Positions 12,055 through 25,777 are shown, numbered from the stretch's first letter. The stretch is 64,000 nucleotides of DNA from Sphyrna mokarran (GCA_024679065.1 JAGIQG010000009.1:62000001-62064000), one strand, 5' to 3'. The notes: generated by a model from the sequence alone, not told the origin. A program made the numbers and translations.

Positions 12055-12325
12055 TGGCACACTGATGTCTCACAGCGCCAAGGATCTGAGTTTGATTCCC
12101 AGCTTGCGTCATTGCCTCGGTAGAGTCTGCACATTCTCCCTGTGTCTATGTGGGCTTCCTCCGGGTGCTCTGGTTTCCTCCCACAGCCCAAAGTTGAACT
12201 GGCCATGCTAAATAGCCCCTTAGGAGGACTTGGTAGGGTAAATGAGGATGGGTCCTGGGTGGGATTGTGGCTGGCGCAGACTCGATGGGCCGAATGGCCT
12301 CCTCCTGCATTATAGGACTCCATGA
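12055..12325 (+). mobile_element. HE1-like V-SINE
   Basis: Core and HER1-type tail gactcgatgggccgaatggcctcct. Confidence 0.9.
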
Positions 12326-12349
12326 CAATTGCAGGGACTGGATACTTCA

Positions 12350-12655
12350 GTTTATAGCCAATTCCGAAAATTTATCGTTCCGGGTGGATCACTAACATAA
12401 AGCAGAGCCAAGTTGGCTTCGGAAAGAAATTGCCACAGCATTGTAGAACATTGAGTGGCAGCCTTCAAAAGCACTCCATTTAGGGTTGAAGAAAGTTTTC
12501 TGACATAAACTCTGAAAAAGTTTTTGAGGGGGGGCAAGAAAACAAAACAGTCTCTTTAAATAGAGGGACAAGCGGCAGAGCTTCATTTGTCCATGTTGTG
12601 GTGAATAAGTAGTTATGATGCAATCCAAATGACCATCAGACATTGTTCAGAGGAG
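12350..12655 (-). pseudogene. CUB-like pseudo-exon
   Basis: ORF 12643-12392 QSLCQKTF...SMFYNAVAISFRS resembles the CUB C-terminal LCG...S..N.L.V.F.SD. Confidence 0.4.
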
Positions 12656-15449
12656 CTCTGTGTTTAGCTAATAGCATGTGCTCTGAAAGAGTTGAAGCTG
12701 TACTTTCATGTTAACAATAGCTGTTGAATCTTTGTAGTAAATCTGAGCAATTCTGTGCTACGTTTACAAATATTTTGAATAAAATGAATCCATGTTTAGT
12801 TTACTAGTCCTGTGCAAGATTGCTAAGATTTTGTTTTAAGCAAACACAACAGTCCAGAGAAAGGGGGGGGGGGGGATGTGAAAGAGACGGATGCCAGAGC
12901 TAAACATCTCCCCTACTCCCCTACCCTTCGTGGGCAGGCACCAAATTTCTTAGTAGCAAGAGATGGGAAACCTTCAGCAACTAACTGGCCTCAAGTTAAG
13001 TGTATTCCTGCTGGTCTCACAAACCATTCCGTCACACTCCAAGATCTTGATTTTACCGCACACCCATCCCGATTCCACCCTAAAGCTCACAGAATGGCAT
13101 TCTCCGTTGGGCCTCAGGGGAAATCTTACAAGCCTCGGGCCGGCATGCTGATAAAATTCCAGCCGCAGTCTTTGTCTCAGCTTTCTCGGTGCTGTGTCCT
13201 GCTGAATTTTGATGATGCTCAATGTTCAGCAGCTTATATTGCAGCATAGGTTAGTCTCTAACACTGCCATGATTAAGCTTGAGATCCTTCCTGAAGTGTG
13301 GCTTCTAATGACAAGCTTGCGATCTGAAATCATGTTGCTCAGAATGCCCAGTGAACAGAAATGATAATGCAGAAATCAATTTGCCTGGTTCTCCTCTGAA
13401 GGACATAATAGGTACTTGTTTTTGCCCTGTTCACCATGTCACATCATTTCTGGTCTTCCTAATGTAATCAATCTGTAGAAGCTGTAGAGCATTTACTGAG
13501 TTATATTCTCAAATATATGATTTATAAAAGGTACAAGACTCCAATAAACCCCAGTGACTGATGGTCACTACACTGAGAGTTACAGGAGAACAATGAGGTT
13601 ACAGTGCTACCTGATCAACTTGTAATATAATTATCTTTCTGCTTCCTTGTGACATTAAAATACCAAGGTCACCGTTTAAGAACACATCAATGGCTTTTGC
13701 AATATAAATCAAAGACGTCAGAAGGAAAAAGCTGCTTTATGCTTCCAATTACATGTGTCCTCCACAATTTAATAATACACACTGGACATAATGTACTTCA
13801 ACACTTTTACCAGGAGCAAGTTGAAGACTGACTTTGGTTGCATTGTGAAAGTTAACTCCTAGAAGAAACTTACCAGAGAAACGCATTTCAATTCAAGTGC
13901 ACAACATCTGTCAAAGCTTAAGTTGTGTGTGGAGAAAAAATAACTCTGTATTGGAATTTATTGGTAGTTCACTTGCTATTATAATTGTAAATTAACTTTG
14001 ATGTATGAGCTAAAGGCAGGAAGACTGTACTCATTGGTAGCACACCATACAGATCATGCCACATGACAAGAAAATAGATAGCAGCAAAGTGGGCTTTGGG
14101 TTTTGAAATGACTTTTGTGACTGATATTAGCAACTGGCATCTTATTATCTGCATGCTGCATGAATGATAATAAAAAGCTCTCAAAACCTTGTTTTCAATG
14201 GACTATGGTTAAATGCTTAAAATCTCTCTGACACAATTGGAACCAGTTATCAAACATTACCATCAGCCACTGGCTGGCAGAATTCAGTGCCTTCCCTGCT
14301 ATCAGACTTCATTGTACAAAAAGTCTGCACTCTGACTAAATACAATGACTGCGTCGGAATCGTTTCATTCCAGAGCGATGAATGTCTAAACATGTCTGCC
14401 CTGTTTCATTCAAGTGTAACGTGCCAGGGGTTTGTGATAATTACAGTATTAGATCTAGGAAGCAGTTTTTTTGGATGTACTGTATACACAGTATGTTTTC
14501 TGTATGTTAATACTACTGATGATGTGTGATTAACATTCCTTCATAGCCAGCGAAGCATTTCCCCTTTTTGTTCCAAGTGGTCTAGAATTTCAAACATTGC
14601 TTGTGAGAACGCAGTGCTTGCCTCACCTGGAAAATTGAGATAATTGAATCATTTCAGTTTCACGCCTGCATAGCATATTTTTCTCCCTAACCCAAGAAAT
14701 GTCAGATGTGACTACCTTCCACTTCAGAGGTTCAAAAAAGTCTTAAAAATAGATGATAATGCCTAAACTTCAATCAGTTTTTCAGAGACTTATGGAACCA
14801 CCCTCCCCACCACTGTACAAAGCATAAAAAGTGCATTAGCTGGGAGAGTAAAGGTGCCCAAGAAAATCAAATAAAAAGCAGAAAATACTGAACATTTGTA
14901 TCCTTGTAACTAAATATTCTCAATTTGAAAATGGGAGACAAAACCAAGTCCTTGACTTTACTACCCCACCGTAGTGCCTCTCCCCACAATACAATACCAC
15001 CTCGGGCCCCCTTCCTCCCCAGAGGATGCACAATTAATTAGACAGATCATTAGCATATGAAGTGAGCTGTCAATTCTGCATTACCCCCAAATGTGTCTGG
15101 AAGGTATGTTTTCCATAAGTTTTGACTGATTGATAGTTATGTACCCCAGCTGGCAACCCCACCTTTTTAAGTAAGAATTTAGCAAAATAAAGTCAGCTCA
15201 ACTCTGTGACAGATCCTGGCAAATAATAAGCAGCGTTACTTGACAGCACATCCAATGATAGATTTGTTTCTCAAAAGATAAGAAGTGAAATTTGGACTTT
15301 GGCCAAGTCACGGAAGTGGCAATATTGCATTGATCACCCATTATCCAACCTGCCAGATCTTCAGTTCCATCGACTTGGGTAGAACTGAATATTTGCTGTC
15401 ATAATGTGTGCAACAAAACAAATTCACCTGTTAGCTGTCCCCATCCATG

Positions 15450-15800
15450 TCTAATTCCACCTTACTTGCACTTACTCTTGGAATAATTAATACAATTTGC
15501 CATACTCAAAGTAGAGTATAGACACATGGGGCCATCTAATTGCCTGACTGCTAACAGATGGATGCAAGTCTTGGTGCAGAGCCTGAGCACCAAGAGAGCT
15601 ATTTCTGCCTGTTTCCAATACTCTGAGGTACAGCTGTGTTGAGCTTTATTCTTCCAGAAGGGGAATAAGTCTGATAAGCCACCCATTCCAATCTGTCAAC
15701 ATTGTACGCTGAACAGTGACGGAGTAGCAACAACAGTTGCTGTGGAAGAGCCCAATGTGTAGTCAGTGCCACCCTTTTATTTAGCCGATCGTGCAAGGAT
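15450..15800 (-). pseudogene. Possible C-type-lectin-like pseudo-exon
   Basis: GGLSDLFPFWKN...YW weakly resembles WIGL.D...F.W....Y..W. Confidence 0.25.
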
Positions 15801-16419
15801 CTCCTGTTCTAATTTGATGGGAGAGTAACACACATCCCAGAGCATGAAGTTTCAGTTGAAAGACTCGAAGGATAAAAACGCTGAGAAGGAAATTGATTCC
15901 ATCTCAAGAAATAGAATCTTAAAATTATTCATCTTCTTTTCAAACAAGTTCCTGATGTTCAGGGATAGCTCCATAATTATATTTTAGGACATTTTCAAAT
16001 CTATGTAAACCATACATTTTTATATTGTAACTCCATCATACATAAATCAATTCCCTCTTTGTCTGCCCATTCCTGATTCTGTTTTAACTTCATGTTCTAT
16101 TGAGGAGTCAGGTTTCCATATGTCTCAAGCAACACTGTACACCCATGATACATTTCCTCCCATAATCTGGCCAAGGCATGATTGAAACATATATTTCTGG
16201 TGGGACAATTCTGCAATGCAATGCTGAAATTCTAACCCATTCAAAATGGAAGGGCCGGGGGTAGGTGGGGGGGTGTGAAGAGGGTGAATATTTCCATGGC
16301 TGTTGAGTGATAATAGAACATTTACAGAAGGCACGTGAGGAAAACCTTCCTCTTCATTCAAAAATTACTACCGGATGTTCCTATGTGAAAAGAAAAGCAG
16401 TCACAATACTTATGTACCA

Positions 16420-16720
16420 TCTAAACAGCTTGCATTTATGTTGCATCTTTAACAGAGCTAAATGTAGCAAAGAAAGTGAATGAAAATAATTAGACACAAA
16501 TTGACATTCAGTGAAAGCAGAAGGCATTAGGGCAAGTGACCCAAGACTAACCAAAAAGGTAGGCTTTAAAGTGGGTCTTGGAGGAGGAGGCAGAGAGACC
16601 CATTGTTTCGGGAGGGAATCTGATGTCTGAAAACATAGTCGCCAATGGTGGGGCAAAGGGAAGTTGGGAGTATACATGTGGCCAAACCAAACCAAAGGTT
16701 CTTGGAAGATTTCAGGGCTG
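16420..16720 (-). mobile_element. L2-type LINE 3' remnant
   Basis: ttgcatttatgttgcatctttaaca...aaggtaggctttaaagtgggtcttggaggagg. Confidence 0.55.
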
Positions 16721-17988
16721 GAGAAGATTACAGCTACTGCCTCAGCCACTAATAATTGCTAACTCTGGGTGTCAGAAAAGGATTAAGAACCCAAAGGGCA
16801 TGCATGGATAGAACAGCAGTTCATCATACTGCAGAGTCTAGACAGCAAAGGTGTGCAAGTCCAATTCCCACTTCGATGAACTGCTGATCTCTTCTGAGCC
16901 ATTACTACGCAGAGACCAGATACCTTGCACACAAGAATAGGATAGTCAGGAGAAGAGCCATCTCTGAACTGACTTTCTGGAACAATTCACCTTCCTGGCC
17001 TCTTAGACAGAAACAAACACCAGAATTTAAAAGAACGTTTAAAAGCCTTATAAAAGTCTATTACAAAGGTGACCTTAACAAACAAAAAGTTTTATCATTA
17101 TGTGGTTTTTCCATTAACGTTTTCTATTATTTATGCAAAATCATGTCAAAATGACAGAGGCTTAGAAGAATGCAGAGCATTACATTTTTACGTATTGTCA
17201 ACCAGTTCACCTTGATACTTAATTACAGTATCTTTGAGAAAAGCTGCCATTGGCTACAGTTCTCTTCGTTTCTCGGTAATTCAAAATTATTTATCTCCTT
17301 GCAGCTTGATCTAAGGTTTGTTTAGCCCAATTGAAGCTCTTTTTCTCAGTGTGTATTCTGTCTCGTTTGATTTTCTATTCCTTCATAGTTTGGTGTTGCA
17401 TTCGACTTGTCAGTCATGCAGCTCTATCCCTGTTCTCAAAAAAAAAACCCAACGCACATTTACAAATCTTCTATCTGTACTATCCCAGTGCTTGACACAT
17501 GAGAATGTGGATCTGCAAATTTCCTGCAAGAAAGCAGGACCTCTATGTTGCATTTGAACACAGGCCAACAATCTGTTTTCCAGAGAATATTTCCCCAATA
17601 TGTGCAGCATCACGGGTGAGTAAGAGAGTTGCTTTTTAGAAAGCCCTCTTCTTAGTAAAGACAAAAGTTAGATTGAATCAAGAATTGGAATGAAGCTCTG
17701 ATAATTTTGTAAAGCAGGGGAGTGAATTACCATCAGATTCTCCCACTTCTATGCAGGAACTTTGGCCACAGTTTATAGAATTCCCAGAAAAGTGTCACAG
17801 CCGGCCCACGTCACTCTTTCTCTCAATAGACCAGACACAGGATCTGCTTAAAAATAAATCCCCAGAAACTTTCAGGAACAGAGAATGATCTTTATGGTTA
17901 ATCAAACCTGTTTTATTTAAAAATAATTACAATTCTTCGTGTATCTACCTTGGCATCAAACACTCCCACATCTTCCTTTGCCAAATAG

Positions 17989-18360
17989 GGAGGTGGTGGT
18001 ACAGTAGTTGGATTGCTAGTCCAGAGACACAAGGCAGTGTTCTGGGAACCCAGGTTCAAATCCCACCGCAGCAGATGGTGGAATTACAAAACAGTCTGGA
18101 ATTAAAAATCTAAATAATGATCGTGAAACCATTGTAGAATGTTGTAAAATAAATCCACCTTGTTTGCTAATGCCCTTTAGGGAAGGAAATGTACCATCCT
18201 TACGTGGTCTGGCTTACATATGACTCCAGACCCACAGCAATGTTGTTGACTCTTAACTGCCCTCTGAAATGGTCTGGCAAACTTTTCAGTTCAAGGGCAA
18301 TTAGGGATGGACAACAAATGCTGGCCCAGCCAGCAATGCCCACATGAAAGAATTAAAAAA
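17989..18360 (+). mobile_element. tRNA-derived SINE, SlmI/Meta-type, with LINE-shared tail
   Basis: B-box ggttcaaatccc; tttagggaaggaaat...tgactccagacccacagcaatg; tail aagggcaattagggatgg. Confidence 0.85.
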
Positions 18361-18896
18361 TATATAAATCTAATCTTGAATGCATATACAATATGTATCA
18401 TTTATTTCAACAGCTTTCTGTGGGAACTTGACAAGTAATTCTGCCTGAGTTGCTTACTTATTCTGACTATAACTTGGTTCCTGGGATTTGAATTTCTCAT
18501 CATTGTTAACAATTAGACTGCATTAATTCAGTTGATGATTTTCACATTCTCGCAGCAGCCCAGGCTCTCCTGCACATTATTAAATATATTAAAATGTGAA
18601 TAAGGCTGAACTAAGATGCACAAAGTCATCAGTCATACAATCTGTCCAATTTAGATGTTTGAGGAAGTTTAGTCTGCCAGCAAATTAAAAATAATGTCCA
18701 GAGGGGGAGAGAAAACTAATCCAAATCAAAATTGTGGAGAAGTAGACAAGTCCTCATCAAGTTGCACCAAGCGCTAAAACTGATGGAGGCTTAACTTGCA
18801 TTTATTTATTATACAGGAGTAAGCACTTACAGAATGATCGGAATGGTGTGCACCATGTCTGAGTACACACAAAAAATTGTTCTTCATTTGCACAAG

Positions 18897-19178
18897 TGGC
18901 ATGGTGGCACAGTGATTAGCACTGCTGCCACACAGTGCCAGGGACTCTGGTTCAATTCCTGGCCTGGGTCACTGTTCATATGAGCTCTGCACATTCTCCT
19001 TGTGTCTGTATGAGTGCTCTGATTTCCTCCCACAGACTGAAAGACATGCTTGTCAGGTGCATTGGCCATGCTAAATTCTCCCTCTGTGTATCCGGAGTGT
19101 GGCTGGCGACGAGGGGATTTTCACGGTAATTTGATTGTATTGTTAATGTAAACCTACTTGTGACACAAGAAAAAACTT
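18897..19178 (+). mobile_element. HE1-related V-SINE (alternative tail)
   Basis: ggcatggtggcacagtgattagcactgctgcc head; ggggattttcacggtaa tail. Confidence 0.9.
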
Positions 19179-20778
19179 GAAGAAAGTGAACAAATATTTT
19201 CCCAAAATGTGGTGAGATAAAGTGGGAGAGGAGTCTAATAGAGTATTATGCATCTGTGCAATTCTGATGGGCTGAATGGCCTGACTTTTGCTGTAGCTAT
19301 GACAAAATACTAATATGTCGAATTTTCATAGTTATCTTAACTCAAGTATTTGCTGTGTTGATAATCAATGGGAAGGGCCTTTCAGCTAATTCAACCAATG
19401 ATACAGATGTGAGGTGCTGTAATCACTTTGGCTTAACCTGTGGGAGAATTCATATGACAATGATTTAAACCTTCAGAAAAGATCTATTGTGGCAGCAGTG
19501 CTGCGCCACGGGCCAGGAGGTAACTTGAGGATGGGCTATTTCTAGATGTTAAGGCTTCCAACAACTCTCCCAATGAAGTGAGGCAATCCCAGCACAACAT
19601 GCCAATAGCACAATAGTAAGGCTTTTGATTCATGTGCGTGGTGCCTGGTTGCTACTTGTGGCTGTAATCCAACATACGCATGTATGGAGAGCTTTGCCAG
19701 TTTTCCGGCGAGGCTGTTACATTGGGGCCATATCCCAACCTTTTGAACATACAACAAAAGCTTCAACTTGAAACTTTTTTTTTCCCTTCTGCATGGTTCC
19801 CATTAGGTATCTGATATTATATTCCCATTAGTCAGGGCTCAGACAGGACTCACTGATTCTCATGACTCCTAGTCCAAAGCAATACAGAGGATCAGGACGG
19901 TGGGGGGGAAATAAGAGAATACAAGTTTGAGAAAGTACCTTAATTTCTGTATTGAAAGGTCTATTCATTCACTATGAAATAAAATGTATTTTTTTGTAGG
20001 CATGTTGTAGTTAGCCTCACAGTGGAGTATAAGTCATGTTCCACAGCTTGCCATGATATATACAATACTTAATAAAAAAAACTCTTCTACATAATGTCCA
20101 TTTTAAAAGTCCACATCATCATCATGTAACTACCAATCCATCAGCATAAATGACCAATACTAAGGGTAATTATGGCCCTGAACTATAGTAACTGACCTAG
20201 AGTTATTTTTAAATTCCTATCTTTGCTTGTTAAAAAATATTATTTGATGAACTGCCAATTTGCTGCTTTGAACATTTTCATTATGTACCAGAACCTGACC
20301 CAAACTGCTGAATAAGAGAAAAGACTGTGCTGCCTTTCTAAGTATAATCAATGGGTGTACAAATATACAATCCTCTCTGCTGTAGTAGGGGAATCATGTT
20401 TGAGACACCCATGGCCAATGTTAAGCTAATTCCACTCCTGGGTTAGGTTTAATTCAATTAGCATAATTCTACCCTTCATCACAGAGGTGTTCTTCAGCAC
20501 TATCTTCAGCTCTGCTACACAAATATTTCATGTTGTATCCTGTTTTCAACTATTCTCAAGTCTAATTCAATGACAATGCCTTTAATTTTAAATCAGAGGC
20601 ATCTTCATGTTGTGGACTCCTGCAGACTAGGAGTGCTCAAGACTAAACAAACTTATCTCTCACAAGAGTAAAGTTAGAGTAGAGGCTTTTAGTCTAGAAT
20701 AGTCTTGAATATAGGTCCTGCAAGACCAACATTGTGCACTTTACATTAACACAAAATATATTTTTTCAGGTGATGTGG

Positions 20779-21062
20779 GAGACACATTGGCACAATGGTT
20801 AATATTGCTGCCTCGCAGCGCTAGGAACCCAAGTTCAATTCTGGAGTTTGCATGTTTTCCCTGTGTCTGCATGGGTTTCCTCCGGGTGCTCCAGTTTTCT
20901 CCCACAGTCCAAAGATGTGCTGGTTAGGTGGATTGGCCATGGAAAATGTGTGGAGTTAATAGAATAGGCGGGATAAAAGGCCTGGTAAGTTGCTCTGTTT
21001 GGGATTGGTGCAGACTCGATGGGCCAAAAGGCCTCTTCTGCACCGTAGGGATTCTATGATCT
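20779..21062 (+). mobile_element. HE1-like V-SINE
   Basis: Head, core and tail ending gattctatgat. Confidence 0.9.
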
Positions 21063-21544
21063 ACTTTTGCAGAACAAATATGTAGCTATCCCAAAAAGAT
21101 GAACCCGGAGATTCATGCATCATTTAGTTTAACAGATATACTAATTGAACTTTTGAACAAAGGAATCTGGTACGGGTTCATTCACTTCTGCTGCACACTA
21201 CAATTTCGCCACCAATGCTTTCAGAAGGAAATCAGAAATTAAAATACGGACAACTATCACTCAACCCATAATGTTGTATAATGCAGCTAATTGCTCAAAA
21301 TATATTTTTATTCTTTCCCCAGAAACTCATAAGAAGTATTTATCCAATTCCTTCCTAAACGTTGTGATTGCCTCAGTATCTATAGTGCCTTTTATATGCT
21401 AATAAGTCATTACATGAAAAAACGTTTCTACCCTTCCTGTTTTTGCTTTGAATACTAATCCTAATTTAAAAACTGCTCCATGCTGAATCACCAACTCCCG
21501 GAAGTAACCTTCCACATTGTCTTGAGCGCTTTGATTACATCAGC

Positions 21545-21865
21545 CCTTAATCTTCTCAGTTGCAGTGAATGCGACACCAACTGTAGCAGCAGAATTGATC
21601 GTCCTTGCACTCTTAAGTTCTCTGCTGCATTTCATCTCTAGCATTCAATGAAAGGAAGCCAATTCCTCTTAGATATAGCAACAAGAAACTTGGGTTTCCC
21701 AGATATAGTTCAGCTCCTAAAACAGTCTCAGGTGATAGTTGATGCGGAAGGGAATCCAGTAAAACATATTTCAGTTCAATGACTGTCCCAATTTTTCGCA
21801 TTGTTGGTGTTTCTCTTGGTTCAACTATCGATGTTCTGCCGTTGCTAATAGAATTCACTAAGTAA
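21545..21865 (-). pseudogene. CUB-like pseudo-exon (most 5' recognisable remnant)
   Basis: Acceptor ttgtacacAG; GTVIELKYVLLD...AELYLG, then KCSRELKSARTINSAATVGVAFTA in a shifted frame, a CUB-like pattern. Confidence 0.45.
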
Positions 21866-23571
21866 CTGTGTACAACAGTACTGAGTACAGTATCTTGAAG
21901 GAGAATTCACTGAGTGACAGTATTTCTGTAACATCTCTCAGCTGAATTACATACTTAATATGTCGGGGATAGATTAATTTGGACTTTCATTCTGCATCAT
22001 TGGTAAAGGAACAAGCTTGCCGAAACCCACAGAGACTGTTCACAGCAGTGTCCCCTGTGACTTAAAATGCAGCCAGAACATCTCTATTGCCTCTCTCCTG
22101 TCCAGAATGTTCAGATATTGGCCATTCTCATTGACTTTATTGCTTTTTGGCAAGCTTAAAATTGTTCCTTCCAATTCTATCTGAGAGCTACTTGAACCAA
22201 GGCAGAATTATCCAGACATGCTCTTTTTAAAAGAGATTGGCTGCTTAATTTTGTTTAAACAATCTATTTGTTTCACCAACTGAGTATTTCTTCTTAACAA
22301 TTTCTTTTTTTTTGTTTTTTGGTGTCATTCATCATTTTCAAAAGTAAGTCACGGTGTACTGTGAGGCTCATAAATCAAATCTAAGGAATCGTGGAAAGAG
22401 TGCAGCTATGTCTGTACCCTGAGAAAATTATTATACTTCTTGCCTTTCTAACCCTGCTTTTCACTTTAGCAATCCCATTGTAAAGCTGTAAATGCTGCAT
22501 ATCTATTTGGATTAAATCCACTCATAAATCTATGGCTTTAATCTGTTCTCATCATTGTAGCAGGGTTTAGGTTATCTGAAACCAGTAACTGTCTTAATGT
22601 AGTACAGGAAGTGGGACAAGGCACAGTTGGAAACTGAAACCATCAAAAGTTTAATGTCATTAGCTAAGAATGGATCAACTAAGGGGGTCTAAAATTATCA
22701 AAAGCAGCAAGCCACAGACACTTGAAACTTCCGCGAGTCTCCATTTTCAATCTGCAGCAATCCCACACCTAGTAAATGACTCCGGGCTGTAGACAGTCAG
22801 CGTTTGATGGTATCGGCTGCAGCTGAGCCCCTTGTTGCTGTTTTTTATTTTGCTGCAGACACACTGTCTCGGGTTTGCTTGAAGTGCCTCTGGAGTGCTG
22901 CCCGTGTGGAGCCAGTATATCCCTGAGGCCATGCAGCTTGCCTTGGCTGTCAGTCCCAGCACCTGAGCGCTGTCGCGGTTCCAAAGGAGCAAAAGAAGTC
23001 TCTGGGAACAGGCACATGTACAAGAGTCTGCAGAGAATACATCTGCTGTGCCTTCTGCTATTTGAACCTTTCCTAAAATGAGTCACCACTGGCTTAGCTT
23101 CAGTAATTTATCATTACAGTCAGATCTTGTTTGCACCCTGTGCAACACTGCAACTTCAATCACACCAGGGTGAGTAATTGGGACCTTTGATCCATATCCT
23201 CAGTAAAAAGTCTCAAAAGGGAGGGGTTGAATTTTACTCCCACCCACCTGACAGGTGGGCAGTTGGAAGTGAGCGTCATACTTATCTATTCAAAGCCTGA
23301 CTGCGATGTTCCGCTCCAGCATTTTGTAGGTAGAGGAGGCTGAGAACAGGCTGGGGCCACTGTGATCTATCCAACTTTTACATCAGTAGGATCTCCTATA
23401 CAATTTTAACTGGAGCCTTAGCAGGAAAACAATTATGGCCTTTCCTGTCTGGAAAAAAGCAACCTAAACATGGAAGATCTCCTTTTTGGTGAAGTTATAC
23501 ATTCCCCACTGGATTGCATTAAGAAAGTTGTGGTTTTAATTTCTTTCCCTCTCTTGAATCATAGAGTCATT

Positions 23572-23680
23572 GGCCGGAATTTTGCCGTACCACCTGACAC
23601 AGGAATCGCAGCAGCAAAGGTCTGTTGACCTCGGGAAGGATTTTACATTTTCAGAATGGCAAGGCTGTAAAATTCTGCCA
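23572..23680. mobile_element. MITE (Harbinger-like termini)
   Basis: ggccggaattttgc...gtaaaattctgcc inverted termini. Confidence 0.7.
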
Positions 23681-23681
23681 T

Positions 23682-23996
23682 TAGATCCCATAAACTGCAG
23701 AGGAAGGCCATTTGGGCCATCAAGTCTGCACTGACTCTCTAACAGAGCTTCTTACCCAGGCCCACAACCCCATACATTTATCCCACTAATCCCTTAGCCT
23801 GCACATCTTGGGATACTAAGGGGCAACTTACCATGTGCAATCTGCCTAACCTGCACATCTTTGGACTGTGGGAGGCAACCCACACAGATATGGGGAGAAT
23901 GTGCAAACTCTACAAAGGCGTTAATCCAAACCAGGAATCGAACACAGGTGCCTGGTGCTGCAAGGCAGTGCTAATCATTGTGCTACCGTGTGCCCT
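23682..23996 (-). mobile_element. HE1-like V-SINE
   Basis: Core motif match. Confidence 0.9.
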
Positions 23997-24619
23997 GCGT
24001 GGTTGTAATATCACACATTCACTAAAAATAATGTAGAATTTCTGTCCCTGATCATGCTACCTCGATATTTTCAATAAAAATATTGAGAAGAAAATAACTC
24101 TCATTGCACAGTGTCATGCGCATCTTTTGTGAAACAAAGCACACTAACACAATGACTTTTCATTGATGTAGCAACACGTTCTCGAGAATTCTAATCCCAT
24201 CAATTTATCACAGAGTTTCAGTAGTTGTTTCCTAACATACTCAGGACAAACAGGACAATAATTTTGTAGTTAGATTTAACAAATATGACAGATCAGAATA
24301 CCATATAGATACTGCATTAGGATTTGGCCGCATAGGGAGCGATAGGAATAGGATAGTGATAGAAAATATATAGCCTGACAGACAGCAATATCAGCATTAG
24401 GACGGTTTTATTCTTACAGAGATAGAGGGGCAAGTAGGATTATTTGAATGAATTGTATTTGAGTCAATACTTGATGCAATGTGCAACAAAACTCTCATTG
24501 ATTTAAACCTACCGAACTATTACTTGCCTTGGTTGTTGGCAGCTGATATCTGTAATAAGCAGCCAATTTTCAAAAGTGGATAAACACATTATCTGTATCC
24601 AAATCCAATGTGTGAAATT

Positions 24620-24745
24620 TTTTTTTATTCATTCGTGGGACGTGGTGTCACTGGCTGGCCAGCTTTTATTGCCCATCCCTAGTTGCCCTTGAGAAAGTGA
24701 TGGTGAGCTGCCTTTTTGAATCACTGCATTCCATGTGCTATGCGT
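24620..24745 (-). mobile_element. LINE 3' tail (same family as 54866-55220)
   Basis: tttattgcccatccctagttgcccttgagaa. Confidence 0.8.
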
Positions 24746-24943
24746 TGCCCCATAATGCTGTTGAACCACAATGCCATTACCCTAGTAACTAACCACAGGG
24801 ATGTTACTTTAATCCTGCAAAACAGACCAATCAATTTTACCCAACTTTCTGCCTTTGGTTTCTCAGTAAGCTTTTGAAAGAAATTGTGTGTGACTAAACA
24901 ACATGGAAGATTTTTACCAGAGGCATTTGCTATTTTTAAAAAA

Positions 24944-25038
24944 TTTTGATAAAACCTGAAAACATAAACTTTAAACAATCAGCCAACAAGGAATAAAAAA
25001 ACCTCAGCAATTCGTTAGAATATCTGCTGAAATATTTA
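24944..25038 (+). repeat. Source copy of ~95 bp inverted duplication
   Basis: Reverse complement of 25944-26039 with a few mismatches. Confidence 0.9.
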
Positions 25039-25267
25039 CTGTGAATGTGGTGGGAGGTTCAGGATTATCGTGGATATTTTGCGAGAATTGTGAAAAGTTT
25101 TCACATCAGATAGAAAGATGAAATTCGACTTAAATACATAACTGTCTGGGTAAACTCAAAAGTTTGACACTTCTTACACAGAATGGGAAATTTAATACTG
25201 GGAAATGTAACATAATCCTGCAAGCAGAGATGGCCCAGTCTCTGTCTCTTGCTCCCCTGCTACTTTA

Positions 25268-25594
25268 TGAATCATAGAAATAGAATCCTAAAATCCCTAT
25301 AATGCAGAACAAGGCCATTCAACACATTGAGTCTGCATCAACAATCCCATCCAGATCCTATTCCTGTAATCCCACATATTAATCCTTCTGATTCCCTTGA
25401 CACTAAGGAGCAATTTAGCATGGCCAATCAACCTAACCTGTACAAGTTTGGACTGTGGGAGGAAACCTGTGCAAACCTATGCAGACATGGGGAGAATGTA
25501 CAAACTCTACACAGACAGTGACCTGAGGCTGGTATTGAACCCAGGTCTCTGGCACTGTGAGGCAGCAGTACTAACCATTGTGCCACTGTGCCAT
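25268..25594 (-). mobile_element. HE1-like V-SINE
   Basis: Full core match. Confidence 0.9.
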
Positions 25595-25777
25595 CATGAA
25601 GATATATAGTAGGATTGTTTCTGGTTGGCTGAAGAGTACTTTAGGAGCATAATTGTCAGTTTTATTCATCGTATCTCAGGATGATCATATGAGATATCTG
25701 GGCAACATAATGGTAGGAAAGCCTAAAACACTAATGTGCAAAAAATGTGCCACTGCTGCTTCTTTAAGTAACATAGA

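Larger units (their letters stand above)
1..21865 (-). pseudogene. Decayed multi-exon class C (GABA-B-like) GPCR pseudogene with CUB/C-type lectin/LDLa ectodomain; 3' end runs off the left edge
   Basis: Colinear minus-strand remnants read by eye across stops and frameshifts: CUB-like, CLECT-like, LDLa-like, VFT (LSFE..SGPI..IDWPG..KVPSD), ICL1 (MLKASSHL), TM3 (TRPW.....F...F.AL). Several remnants begin at plausible splice acceptors. Confidence 0.65.
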
